Numbered from the stretch's first letter, positions 10,901 through 22,526 are shown. The stretch is DNA of 64,000 nt from Eukaryota sp. TZLM1-RC (GCA_040285825.1 JAUPSS010000003.1:3162001-3226000); one strand, 5' to 3'. Notes: generated from the letters alone by a model not told the origin. Numbers and translations are program-made.

Positions 10901-11334
10901 TGATGGAGTTGATAGGAAAAATTGTATTTTTATACTCCGGTTAATTAAAACTATATTATTACCCAAACAGTCATCTCTTTTGAGATCACCTGTTTCCATA
11001 TCAAAAGATTGTCTTTGTCAGACAAATATATTCTTAGGATGTGTTAGATAGCTGTCCTATTGAATGCTCAAAAAGAGGAGACACTTACTTTTTTAAACTT
11101 CAAGTATGATGTGACAACAAATGGTAGGTTTTTTGGATGATGAAAGATACATCTGATTGTCAGTTATTGTTTTTTAGTCTTCGTTTTATCTACAATAGAT
11201 CTGCTCATCAATCCTAACGTGTTCTATTTTAAATAAACTCAACGACAAAGTTGCTAATGTATTAAATCATTCTCAATACAATTGAACACTTTTCCTGAAA
11301 AAATAGACACACTGTCATCTATTTTTTTCATTCA

Positions 11335-11915
11335 TCATGCGCCATTAGTGAAGCTTAGTATCGAAAACGAGAAGGAACCCTTGCTGGAAAACAACCCTGC
11401 CGTTGAAAAAGTTTGGTTCTGATGATAGAGGTTATATTTACTGTGATTGGATTGATAGCTCTGAAGTTGTTGTGTAATTTGTTTCCTGTGATGTTGCAAA
11501 CGACACTTTGGTTCAAAGAAGGAAAAATTCCCTATTATTATTAATTATATAACTAATTCAAATCAGAAGAAAATACATGGAGAATGTAAAAATAATGATC
11601 TGAAAGAAGTTCATGCTGAATAAACGGAAAAATTGAATTATTAAATTATTTAAATTGAATTATTGTTTTTCTTAAGAGAATAAAGACTAGCATTAGAAGC
11701 TGAATCTTTTTTGAAGTAAAGAGAATGAAAAATGTTGATATTTGCCTTTGCCGGTCTCGAATCCATTTTTCCTTGATTAATGGATTATACCAGTATTGTT
11801 CAATTTTTTAAGTCAAGCTATAGCAAGGAAGCAAGCAGAACAAGTTTTTGTGAAGGGAAGCTTGGTTCAATGAATTTCGTCCCATCAGTTCTCTGTTTAT
11901 TTTGTTAAGTGTTGC
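11335..11915 (+). mobile_element. Degenerate family 1 CRE-like REL fragment
   Basis: TTTGGTTCTGATGATAGAGG..ACTGTGATTGGATTGAT and a 3' end TTCAATGAATTTCGTCCCATCAGTT shared with family 1; many stops. Confidence 0.7.
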
Positions 11916-12433
11916 TGAAAATCGTATTTGCTAGCTGGATGTTAGTATATGAATTGAGTAAATGTGGTTAGGATAAAGATAATATTATCTAAACTTAAAT
12001 ATTATATAAAGGTACCCTCTAGAAAGATACCTACAATAGTAACTGATTTTTCCCAATGTTACCTTAATAACCTTATTTATTCTTTACCCCATTACTTTTA
12101 AAGTCTCAGCCATGTCGATCGTTTACGGACAGTTTTGTCTTTGGGGTAATGCATCAGATTGGCCGAATGGGTCGATCCATGAAAACCAGCAATATAAGTT
12201 GTTTTATCACCTCAAAGGTGATATGGTGAGTAATTTCCAACATTCCAAAAACTTGCACAAATCATCACTGTCTTGTTCAATCTATTGACTTTCTGCTTCC
12301 ATATATAATGAAAAAGTTGTTCTCCATCAAGTCCTTGATCAAAGTAAAGACTGAAGAGTTGCTAACCGGAGCTGTAAACAATAAGAGGACATCTTCATGA
12401 ACAGACAAGGATTTCTTTATTCACTTAACCAGC

Positions 12434-13090
12434 ATGTCTACTACACCAACCGAATGCGAAATAGATGTCGACCGCCTCTTCCAGAACAGAGAATTTGTTG
12501 AAAGACTGAAACAGTTGATTAGATCTGAAGCTGTTAGTGAAACAGCAATTGATAAGCTCATTGAAACAATGCGACAATGGCGCAAAGAAGACCATGAACA
12601 ACGACAAAGGGAACGTCAAGAAGACCATGAACAACGACAAAGGGAAAGAAACCAGGACAAGGCTCATATGGATATTCAGCTGGGAACACTTGGGGCTCGC
12701 TGGGGTCTGAAAAACGAAAGAACCTGGAGAAATGCACTGAAAACTTTACTAAGCATATCAGCTCCAGATTACACAATTCAGCGGTTTGAAGACCAGGACC
12801 CACAAAGGCTTGACAAAGATGGCCGACCAGTGCCAGTGGAATTAGACATTGTTGCACTCAATGGTGTGTCATTTATTGTGGAAATCAAAGGTCATGTAAA
12901 GAGTGAAGATGTAGATATACTAGCAAGGAAGGTCGAGTTCGTTAAAGAAAAGAAAGGATTATCCACAGTGCACGTTTATCTTATTGCTCCGATTGTGGAC
13001 GAGAAGGCAAAGAAAAATGCTCACGAATATGGCTACGAATGTGTGGATGACCCAGAACAATTTGTGGACGAGTTGTCTGAATTTGTATAG
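12434..13090 (+). CDS. Coiled-coil + PD-(D/E)XK nuclease domain protein (DUF3782/DUF1626-like, prokaryote-type)
   Basis: LGARWGLKNERTWRNAL, VELDIV, IVEIKG, LIAPIVD. A 33-nt direct repeat (12585-12646) encodes EDHEQRQRER twice. Intronless. Confidence 0.7.
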   Translation: MSTTPTECEIDVDRLFQNREFVERLKQLIRSEAVSETAIDKLIETMRQWRKEDHEQRQRERQEDHEQRQRERNQDKAHMDIQLGTLGARWGLKNERTWRNALKTLLSISAPDYTIQRFEDQDPQRLDKDGRPVPVELDIVALNGVSFIVEIKGHVKSEDVDILARKVEFVKEKKGLSTVHVYLIAPIVDEKAKKNAHEYGYECVDDPEQFVDELSEFV

Positions 13091-13136
13091 GTATTTGCAT
13101 AAAAAATTGGGTCAAAGTATCAAAAAAACATATATA

Positions 13137-15112
13137 TTTATTGAATATGCACACTGAATTAAACTATTTCATAACTAATGGGACAAAATTCATTGAAACA
13201 CGATTTCCTCTAAAAAATCTTGATCTGCTTGCTGTCTAGCTAAAGCTTCTCTAATTCGATTGAAAAACCAAGGCAATCTATTAATAATGGCAAATTGAAC
13301 ACAAGAGCGCCATAAAAAGATATCAAATCTTTTCATTGTCTTTTTTTGAACCATTTTTTGGAAGTCATTCAAAAAAGTTTCTGCTTCATCTGATAATTTT
13401 TCATTTATCGAAAATGGGAAAGCAATAAAAACTAGCTGTGTATTTCTATCAGCATTAGCCTCCTCAATATCTTTATCATATTTTCTATGTTTATCTTTTG
13501 CTTTAATATCAGGAGCACTCACAGGATTAAGTTTTCTTCTGTGAACCAAAGTATTATTTGCAACATTACATGAGACAAAGTCAACAACAGCTCCAGAATT
13601 ATCAATCCAATCACAGTATACATCACCTCTATCATCAGAACCAAAATTATTCAGAGAGAGTGTTTCCTTCAGCAGAGGCTCTTTGATACACGATATTCTT
13701 GCAGTTTGTGCCATATTGAAAACAATGTCTCTAACAGCATTATGTAATGAAGAACGATAGGTTATCAATTTAGAACAATTCAGCGCATAGCGCAAAGTGA
13801 GTTGAGGTGAATTCATACAAATACATTTTTCTTTTGATAGATTAATGGGGATATTCAAATATAATCTCATTTTTGTTACAAATGCTTCATTAGTGGCACA
13901 CAATCCAAATCTTCGTGGTACAATGGTTACAAAAAGTGAAGAATCTGATGACTTAATTTCACAAACACCCTTTTCCAATAACAATGAGTGAAGATCTTGA
14001 TTTAAAACAGCCGAGCTGCATATATTATTATAAAGATCATTTTCATACATTCCAGTCAATCGTTTCTGTAATGTTCGAAGAGTGTATTTTAAATTTAAAG
14101 GATTCTTTTCTGGAATATTGCCATTGAATGTTTGGGGAAAACATCGATCCATTTTTCTACATCAATTTTTGAAATTTCTTCATTTAATGCAAAAGCAGTG
14201 GAACTTTGCGTTATCATCAATAAATCTTCCCAAGCTGCAAACCCTTCGGAAAACTCAAAGATTGCATTTCTGCATCCAGCAATAAAAGCACACGAAGTAA
14301 GAATAGAAGCCTTCGTCCAACCTGAACCGTCATAATGTGGACTAACATAAGCATGGTCTGGAATTTGGAACATTTTACATCCCAGTAATTGTGACAAAAC
14401 TTTTGCACGTAACTCATTAAACTTCTGAGCCAAAGACCTAGTGACAAGAGAATTTGAAGATCGAAATATATGATTGAAGTTGGAACTAAAACACAGCCTT
14501 ATAATGGTAAATTTCATATGTTTCTATCTAAAGTCATCATTCGGTCAATTTTATAGGAAATTGAGTTCAACTTTTCAAACAATTTTTGGTAATTTCATCA
14601 TTATTTCCTAAAAACGAACCCAGATGACGAATAGCATCAATTGAATATAATTTGGCTTGAATTTCAATACCATCAACTATTGTAGAAACTGCAGAATTCG
14701 ATAACAAAACACATTTTAGTGAATTAAGTCGGAGACCAATTTTGGTAAATAATTCTTTAAAACATACAGTTGCTTTTTCCACAATATTTAAATCACCTAT
14801 AAGAACAACATCATCCATATATGCAATCATTTTCAGCGAAGGAAACATCTCTTGAATTTGTAATAAAATAGGATCAATGTCCAAACAAAACAAAAGAGGT
14901 CCTAACGGATCTCCTTGCTTTACACCACTTGATGAACTCAAAATGGAATTACCAAAATGTAAATTAGAATTTGTGCTATATGTTGATTGGAAATACGGCA
15001 TTAATTCCGGCTTATATTGCAACAAAGCACCATGAATACTGCAACGACTGAGTGAATTGAATGCATTACTGAAATCTAATGACATACAAACATTGGATTC
15101 ATTTTGGCGAAA
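13137..15112 (-). mobile_element. CRE/SLACS-like non-LTR retrotransposon family 1, copy B (RT + REL, frameshifted, 5'-truncated)
   Basis: RT motifs LDFSNAFNSL, GVKQGDPLGPLLF, AYMDD, GLRLN..K, RHLG (14567..15085). Linker 14095..14517. REL ORF 13190..14152. Confidence 0.9.
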
Positions 15113-15159
15113 TAACTAAATAATAAATAATGAGAAAACAAAACCAACATTTTTTTAAT

Positions 15160-15845
15160 TCTAGTCAATTTATTTTCAGAAATACAATCTAGAAATTAAT
15201 ATCTTCAGAACAAGCTTCCACACCATCAAACCATACAACAGCAATGTTTTCGTAATGTGCACTAACAAGCATCAGAGCTTTCGAAACCATTTTAGGAATT
15301 GTTTTGAAAATAGTAAAAACAATACGATTTAACCACTTACGACAATCAAAACGCTTCATTCTTCTTTTAAACATATTTTCAAAATCATTAAAAAGATTCA
15401 TGGCAGTTTTTCCAAGCCGTTTATACAATGATACAGCAAACGGGCAAATTTGGTAATCCACATGGCGAACATGTTTCAATTCTTTCAAAGGGCTTGTCTA
15501 TTTTGTCCGTTTGTACAATTCTGAATCATCAAGAGGGGGTACTTCGGATTATGCATTTCTCAAGGAATTTTCTTGCAAACATCCACTGTTCCGACATCAA
15601 GAACATTCAAGACATCATCAAATGAGGGCACAACAGCATCAGCACGTCGTTTTTTATATTTTGAATCTCTCACGCTTTCATTTATATCAAGAGACCTCAA
15701 CAACGGTTCTACAAATGATTCATCATGATAGGAACTACACATTGTATGGCTTTGATTTTTGACAGCATCATTCATAGTGGAACATACATCATACATCATT
15801 TTCATAAATTGTTTTGATTTGGATTGATTGTTCTTTAAGTCAAAA
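15160..15845 (-). mobile_element. CRE-like element family 2, REL fragment
   Basis: ESFVEPLL...KRRADAVVPSFDDVLNVLDV, then ICPFAVSLY.RLGK...WLNRIVFTIFK; frameshifted. Confidence 0.7.
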
Positions 15846-16286
15846 TATGATGTTTGTAGAGAAGACTGTGATGGAAAGGATAAGATATGGACTCGTAACA
15901 AGTTAGCATGTATCAACATCAAGGCAATTATAGATTTTTTTGTAGAGGATAGTTGCTGAGAGGCCTCCATATTTGTCTTAAGTTATAGCCTTTTACTACA
16001 GTGAATCTGTAGCATTTTTGGAATATTTCACAAAGTATTTTCATATTTTCATGCTTTTGTACCCATTTGAATCAATTTTGTTAATCAACATTGTTGATTT
16101 CGGTGAGAATAAAGTAGTCGTCTGATCAACATCGACGCTTAGTTAAATGGTGCTTATGATGACGTAACTTGATGTGGAACAAGGACTAAAGGGTAAATTA
16201 AGAGAAAACAATAATGATTTTTTCCACTTATATCAAGTTCCACTTTTTCTCCACACATTTTTACTTTGCTTTATTAGGTAATGAAG

Positions 16287-16358
16287 TCGGTCATAGTATA
16301 GTGGTGAGTATCCCCGCCTGTCACGCGGGAGGCCGGGGTTCGATTCCCCGTGACCGAG
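16287..16358 (+). tRNA. trnD-GTC: tRNA-Asp (GTC)
   Basis: Acceptor TCGGTCA/TGACCGA, anticodon arm CCCGC-CTGTCAC-GCGGG, T loop TTCGATT, discriminator G. Confidence 0.97.
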
Positions 16359-17170
16359 TAATTAATTGGTTTACACTTTTGTTTTACCCATGAATTTCAC
16401 TGCAAATATGAATACCATGTATCCCAAAATATTGGGTAGTTGTAATTGAAATTAGGTGATATTTGTGTGACCACTTTGGGAGAAACATATTTGGGAACAA
16501 TTTTATAAAGCATATCTAGACGAATGTACAGTCACAACTTGTTCATAAACAGCCAGTAGGGTCTATTTCTCATGATTTTCTAAAACAGTATCAGCTGTTC
16601 ACACTGAGTGATTATCATATTTAAATAAGAATGCATTTACCATCTGAAGGGTACTAACAGTATTAGTACCTTTGATAAGAAAAAACAACCAGATAAGACA
16701 CTTAGCTCTCTATATTATCACTTCTACAGACTCTTCTTAACTTTTTCTGGGACTTGTTTATATATTTCAAACAAAAAATTAACTTCAGGGGGTCACTCTT
16801 TGTGTATTATGACACTAGTAAGTTAGTGCTCTAAAACTAAAAATCAAAGCAATATGGTACTATTGTGATCAACTCAACTAAGCAGAAGATGTGGTTGTTT
16901 ATGTTTCATGAATATTGATGACAAACCTTGTTGAAACAACGCAAACATAAAAAAAGTTTTGACTTGTTTTGACACACTGAAATCCATGATCTTAGTGATG
17001 AGGGATGTTTAGTACAAGAAGTTGGAAGATCATTAGTCATGATGCCTGACTTTATTTTGGAATTTCACACAACATCAAGGTGTTGATACGAATCAACAAA
17101 AGACAATTCTTTTTGAGAGATGAAAAATAAACGTCTACGATATGACTAACATTTCCCTGCAACTAGCATC

Positions 17171-20017
17171 ATGATCACATCTACGTCACCACCTCAACTC
17201 AACCAATATGCACGAATTGCTGAACTTCAACTATCACCAACTGAAATGATTCCCACTACACCTCTGCGAAGAACGACAACGAACTCTTCACTAGAGGCAC
17301 TTATGTCATCAGCACGAAAAATAATGGCTGATGTTGCTGCGAGACCAAAGGTGATGGAATCGCAGTCTTGTTCTCCCTCGCCAAACGAACCTGCACTATT
17401 ACCATCTGTTTCACCGGTACAATCGCCTAACCTTACCTCACCATCAGCTACCATTAACATTACACCAACGTCAAGAGTTTTAGTACATTCACCCAGTGGT
17501 CCAGAGTTTACCCTCTATTCAACCATCGTTCCAAGCGATGCGTCTACCAGGAATGAAATAGCTCAAGTCTCTCTAGCAAGCACTATACCCCCAAAACCAA
17601 TCAAACCCCCAAAACCATCGGCGATTGTGTCGGGTAACTATGACGGAGTTGAGTATGTTGGACATGGAAACAATTTCCAAGACAAAAATTTACAATTGAA
17701 ATCATTGGAGTTTTCAAGATTTTCTGAATTAGATTTAATGCAACACCATGACTCTGCAGCTCCAATTTCAGAAATCCAAAAGGAAGTTCAGTGTAATCAA
17801 ACATTGTTTGAGTCTGCTAATGTCAATTACGCTGATACAGTATCTCCAATGGCCAATCAATTCGACGCAATCAATTCTGACACCATTGTTGATTTGAATC
17901 ATTGCTCATCTTTAGCTCAAAGTGAGTTTCAACCAAATAAACCAGCTGAATGCATTCAATCTAATCAAAGCAAAGAGATTGGTCAACTTTGCATTGGTGA
18001 ATCATGCCATAATTCACTCTCAAATAGTCAAAACTCAAATTTAGGTGCACCAATGGAGGGTGAAATGACTAACAAAGATTATTCATATCACATCACCAAT
18101 CAAGATGACGTGATGGATGATTGTGGAATTGTGGATAGTGATTTCGTCTCTGAAGCTGCGCTCAACAGTCGAAAAGCTAGTATTGATGTCACTGAAGCAA
18201 CTGATGAAACTGGTATTGAAGTAAACAACAACGAAGAAGAACTTCCTGAACACATTGAAGGCCACAGCGTGACCACTGCTGTTGAATTAGAAGAATTAGA
18301 AGAAGATAAAAGCACTATCCAGGACAACAATAGTCACAGCAATTGCCAGCAGATGGAAACTGAAATTCAACCATTTACACCAGTTCATTTCCCAGGAATC
18401 CAAGAGGAAACCAATTATAATCCAAAACTGATTGATTCTGGTGCTAGCATCGAAACTGGTTCAATTGTTGATTTCTGTTCCCGTCTGATTGATTTTGAAA
18501 CTCATTCATCTCAGGGTAAACAATTAAACCATTTAATTACTGATGAACCGTGTTTTGAATCTACAAAATTGAGAAACTCATCAGATGGTGTACCAATGGA
18601 GGACGAAAACAGGAAAACAGATCACGTTTATCACGTCACCAATCAAGATGACGTGATGGATGATTGTGGAATTGTGGATAGTGATTTCGTCTCTGAAGAT
18701 GTGTTCAACAGTCGAAAAGCTAGTATTGATGTCACTGAAGCAACTGATGAAACTGGTATTGAAGTAAACAACAACGAAGAAGAACTTCCTGAACACATTG
18801 AAGGCCACAGCGTGACCACTGCTGTTGAATTAGAAGAATTAGAAGAAGATAAAAGCACTATCCAGGACAACAATAGTCACAGCAATTGCCAGCAGATGGA
18901 AACTGAAATTCAACCATTTACACCAGTTCATTTCCCAGGAATCCAAGAGGAAACCAATTATAATCCAAAACTGATTGATTCTGGTACTAGCATCGAAACT
19001 GGTTCAATTGTTGATTTCTGTTCCCCTCTGATTGATTTTGAAACTCATTCATCTCAGGGTAAACAATTAAACCATTTAATTACTGATGAATCGTGTTTTG
19101 AATCTACAAAATTGAGAAACTCATCAGATGGTGTACCAATGGAGGACGAAAACAGGAAAACAGATCACGTTTATCACGTCACCAATCAAGATGACGTGAT
19201 GGATGATGATCAATATGTTTCCTGTCAGGCGGGGGGTGAAGAACCTGAAGACATTATGTATCCAAATGATGAACTCGCTGAAAATGCTGTTTTATATAAA
19301 ACTGACGTGTTAGTGAACACTGTTTCTTCTGATTCAAATTCAACCAAAACTACTGTGAATTGTGTTGAAAATGAATCAGTGAATGATGAATACTTGATCT
19401 ATGATGATACTGGTACACCAGTAGATAAACAATTAACAGTGTCAGAAGTTCCCAATCAGGCAATTTCTAAGGAAAATTATACAGGTAATTCCCAAGATCA
19501 AGAGTCAGGAACTATCCCCGAGGTCACATATGTATCAAGTGAACCATCACACCCCTCCCAAGAGGAAGTTCAAAGTGAAAATATTGATTCCACACTAGAA
19601 TTGGTGGATAAGGTAGTACCCAACTCTTTTGATGTGGTGAAACGTTTTCTAAATAGGGAAAAACTGTCCAGTGAGAACCACATGTCGAATTACATTTTGA
19701 ACAAAAATGAATATAATTTAATAACCAAAGTGTACTTCAACTCTAAAGAAATGAGTAAAAGAACATTTGAGCAGGAAATTGTTTTGTTATTCAAACAATG
19801 TTTTGGCGTTCCATCACCAGAAAAGTTGCCTTATAGATGGCCGGGAAGAGAAGTTCCCGTACAGAACTTGTTGCAGGGAAAGTGTTCAAGAGATGTGAAG
19901 GAGCTGGAAAGGGACTTAGTCTTTAGCTCAGATCAGAAGCCTTTTTTGAATCATCGGAAAAGAACTCAAGCAGGGTTGCATTCTGTACAAAATAAGCGTG
20001 TTAGGCTTATTTATTGA
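17171..20017 (+). CDS. Large acidic low-complexity protein (948 aa) with an internal 181-aa tandem duplication
   Basis: Long intact ORF, S/P/T-rich N-terminus, D/E-rich middle, basic C-terminal end; no known domain recognised. Confidence 0.75.
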   Translation: MITSTSPPQLNQYARIAELQLSPTEMIPTTPLRRTTTNSSLEALMSSARKIMADVAARPKVMESQSCSPSPNEPALLPSVSPVQSPNLTSPSATINITPTSRVLVHSPSGPEFTLYSTIVPSDASTRNEIAQVSLASTIPPKPIKPPKPSAIVSGNYDGVEYVGHGNNFQDKNLQLKSLEFSRFSELDLMQHHDSAAPISEIQKEVQCNQTLFESANVNYADTVSPMANQFDAINSDTIVDLNHCSSLAQSEFQPNKPAECIQSNQSKEIGQLCIGESCHNSLSNSQNSNLGAPMEGEMTNKDYSYHITNQDDVMDDCGIVDSDFVSEAALNSRKASIDVTEATDETGIEVNNNEEELPEHIEGHSVTTAVELEELEEDKSTIQDNNSHSNCQQMETEIQPFTPVHFPGIQEETNYNPKLIDSGASIETGSIVDFCSRLIDFETHSSQGKQLNHLITDEPCFESTKLRNSSDGVPMEDENRKTDHVYHVTNQDDVMDDCGIVDSDFVSEDVFNSRKASIDVTEATDETGIEVNNNEEELPEHIEGHSVTTAVELEELEEDKSTIQDNNSHSNCQQMETEIQPFTPVHFPGIQEETNYNPKLIDSGTSIETGSIVDFCSPLIDFETHSSQGKQLNHLITDESCFESTKLRNSSDGVPMEDENRKTDHVYHVTNQDDVMDDDQYVSCQAGGEEPEDIMYPNDELAENAVLYKTDVLVNTVSSDSNSTKTTVNCVENESVNDEYLIYDDTGTPVDKQLTVSEVPNQAISKENYTGNSQDQESGTIPEVTYVSSEPSHPSQEEVQSENIDSTLELVDKVVPNSFDVVKRFLNREKLSSENHMSNYILNKNEYNLITKVYFNSKEMSKRTFEQEIVLLFKQCFGVPSPEKLPYRWPGREVPVQNLLQGKCSRDVKELERDLVFSSDQKPFLNHRKRTQAGLHSVQNKRVRLIY
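18050..19207 (+). repeat. 543-bp near-perfect tandem duplication within a CDS
   Basis: ACCAATCAAGATGACGTGATGGATGA occurs at 18095, 18638 and 19181 (period 543). Confidence 0.95.
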
Positions 20018-20339
20018 CTTTTTTGATGTATTTACTAAATTTACATATATTTTAAGCATTTTTTGGTTGATATTGTTTGCTGTTGAAGAAATCTTGTGCG
20101 GCAATTCATCGACATACATAATATTATTAGAGGGTATTTTTGGTAACTGGTAATTAATGCTTTTTTAGTGATATTTTATATATTCAATATAAACAATCTC
20201 AATCAAACACTATGTTCAAGCAAAAGAAACCAGAAAGTTGCCAACGTATTATTTTCTCAATTAATCAACTATGATGGGATCAACAACGCAATTTTCAACA
20301 CTTTTCGTCACATTGGTTTTGGAAAAGTTTTCCATACAG

Positions 20340-21221
20340 GCTGTTTTAAATCAAGATCTTCACTCATTGTTGTTGGAAAAGGGTGTTTGTGAAAATCAGT
20401 CATCAGATTCTTCACTGTTTGTAACCATTGTACCACGAAGATTTGGATTGTGTGCCACTAATGAAGCATTTGTAACAAAAATGAGATTATATTTGAACAT
20501 CCCCATTAACCAATTATTATCAAAAGAAAAATGTATTTGTTCGAATTCACCACAACTCACTTTGCGCCATGCTCTGAATTGCTCTCAATTGATAACTTAT
20601 CGTTCTTCATTACATGATGCTGTTAGAGACACTGTTTTCAATATGGCACAAACTGCAAGAATATCGTGTATCAAAGAGCCCCTGCTGAAGGAAACACTTT
20701 CTCTGAATAATTTTGGTTCTGATGATAGAGGTGATGTATACTGTGATTGGATTGATAATTCTGAAGCTATTGTTGACTTTGTCTCATGTAATGTTGCAAA
20801 TGATACTTTGGTTCACAGAAGAAAACTTAATCCGGTGGCTGCTCTGGATTTCAAAGCAAAAGAGAAACATAGAAAATATGATAAAGATATTGAAGAGGCA
20901 AATGTCGATAGAAATACACAGCTGGTTTTTATTGCTTTCCCATTTTCGATAAATGGAAGATTATCAGTTGAAGCAGAAACTTTTTTGGATGACTTCCAAA
21001 AAATGGTGCAAGAAAAAACAATGAAAAAATTTGATATCTTTTTATGGCGCTCTCGTGTTCAATTTGCCATTGATTAATAGATTACCTCGGTTTTTCAATC
21101 GAATAAGAGAAGCTTTAGCTAGACAGCAAGCAGATCAAGATTTTGTAGAGGAAATCTTGGTTCAATGATAGTCGTCCCATTAGTTATGAGTTAATTTAAT
21201 TAAGTGTGTAAATTTAATAAA
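20340..21221 (+). mobile_element. CRE-like family 1, copy C (5'-truncated REL region)
   Basis: ORF 20271..21077 has an intact CCHC (CICSN..RHALNC), HDAVRD, DRGD..D, KEKHRKY, FSINGRL. A +1 G near 21072 truncates it. 3' UTR is shared with copies A and B. Confidence 0.88.
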
Positions 21222-21331
21222 TACATTATTTTTTAGACCTATTTTTTCCAAGTTACATTAATTTCACAAACGGTAATGATTATGGTAAATTATTCTTACA
21301 TACAGCTTGCTTCCAATTGAAATATCCGTTT

Positions 21332-21645
21332 CTATATCAAAATGAGTAGAGAGGCTATGTGGGCATGGGAAGAGAGGACGACAGAAGTTGTTTGAGATCC
21401 AGGTGTCCACGAGTAGACAGAATTGGATATAGAGAAGACTAAAACTCGCTTCACCCATATCATGTGACTGATCGGTCCAGGAAGAGGAGGACCAGTGTAG
21501 AGTATGTGTAATCGATCTGTGGAGTAAACAATGAAGGAATGTTCAACTGCCGCAGCAATCATAGATGAGTTGCCTTGGGTATGAAGTGCCAGTGGACCAG
21601 TGGCAACAGCCCCATGTGTTCGTAAAGGTGCATATAAAGGTTCGT
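21332..21645 (-). pseudogene. UTP21: N-terminal fragment of UTP21/WDR36
   Basis: LYAPLRTHGAVATGPLAL...IAAAVEHSFIVYSTDRLHILYTGPPLPGPISHM matches the first WD blades of Utp21 (LF.PfR.lG.vs...p...F..Yd...L). It ends after ~100 codons. Confidence 0.6.
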
Positions 21646-21975
21646 AGGTTAAACGTTTTGAAAAACTCCACAAATAATTTCGTTGGTCAAAATATGCATC
21701 CACAAAAGGAGAACAAGGATAACGAGGTTACGGACTCAGTTCCCACCTCCTTCTTCAACCTGTTGTTCAAAGAACAGCCGAGTACTTCTTCCCGAACTCC
21801 TCAGTCGGGAACAGTCATCCTGTTTTACAGGAATAAATGGAAGGTCAGAGCCTCGATTTCTTATCGAAATCGTCGTTCTGATTCTTCTGTGGGGGTAGAG
21901 TATTGCACTTTTCCGAGTCATTATGTGAGTCATGATATGGGTGCTGTTGAATCAGCAATGGTGCTAATCACCTTG

Positions 21976-22400
21976 GATATGGGATGCTCTTCTTCTTCGT
22001 GTTTTGTTTTGAATTGTTACTTTGATGTTATTGAGTTTGTTGTTTTTCATGGTTTAGCTATTTGTACTGTAGATATGGGATGTTGTTCTGGTTTGTGTTT
22101 TGTTTTACATTGTTGTTACTTTGATGTTTTTGATTTTGTTGATGTTTTTGGTTTAGGTACTTGTACTTTGAATATGGGATGTTTTTCTTGTTTGTGTTTT
22201 GTTTTGAAAGGTTGTCTTGATGTTTTTGGGTTTGTTGTTTTTCGTGGTTTACGTACTTGTACTGTGGATGTGGGATGTTTCTTTTGTATATGTTTTGTTT
22301 TACATTGTTGTTTTGATGCTTATGAGTTTGTTCATTTTTGTGGTTTAGATTCTTGCACTTAGATATGGGATGTTGTGTCTTAAATTGTTATTTTGATAAT
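21976..22400 (+). repeat. Coding minisatellite, ~96-nt unit (DMGC...CFVL.C.FD..FV.F.GL..CT), four full units plus one partial
   Basis: Units start at 21976, 22072, 22171, 22267 and 22362 (96, 99, 96, 95 nt). Confidence 0.9.
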
Positions 22401-22454
22401 GTTGAGTTTGATTATTATGTTTATAATTTATCTTTTCAATCCAGAAGCTGCCAA

Positions 22455-22526
22455 CATCTTCTATCAACAAACCCATTTACTGTTGATTTAACAATTGATG
22501 GAGATGTTGAAGCAAATCCTGGTCCC
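22455..22526 (+). other. 2A (StopGo) ribosomal-skipping peptide
   Basis: HLLSTNPFTVDLTIDGDVEANPG|P is an exact D(V/I)ExNPGP consensus with upstream DLT.DG. Skip site between 22523 and 22524. Confidence 0.85.

Noticed and set aside
21565-21693. N-terminal part of track ORF 21565..22362
   Set aside because: It is antisense to the UTP21-like fragment; ATG 21694 or later is the more plausible start.
21976-22400. CRISPR-like array next to an RNA-guided nuclease
   Set aside because: Units are degenerate along their whole length, with no constant repeat and unique spacer structure; this is a minisatellite.
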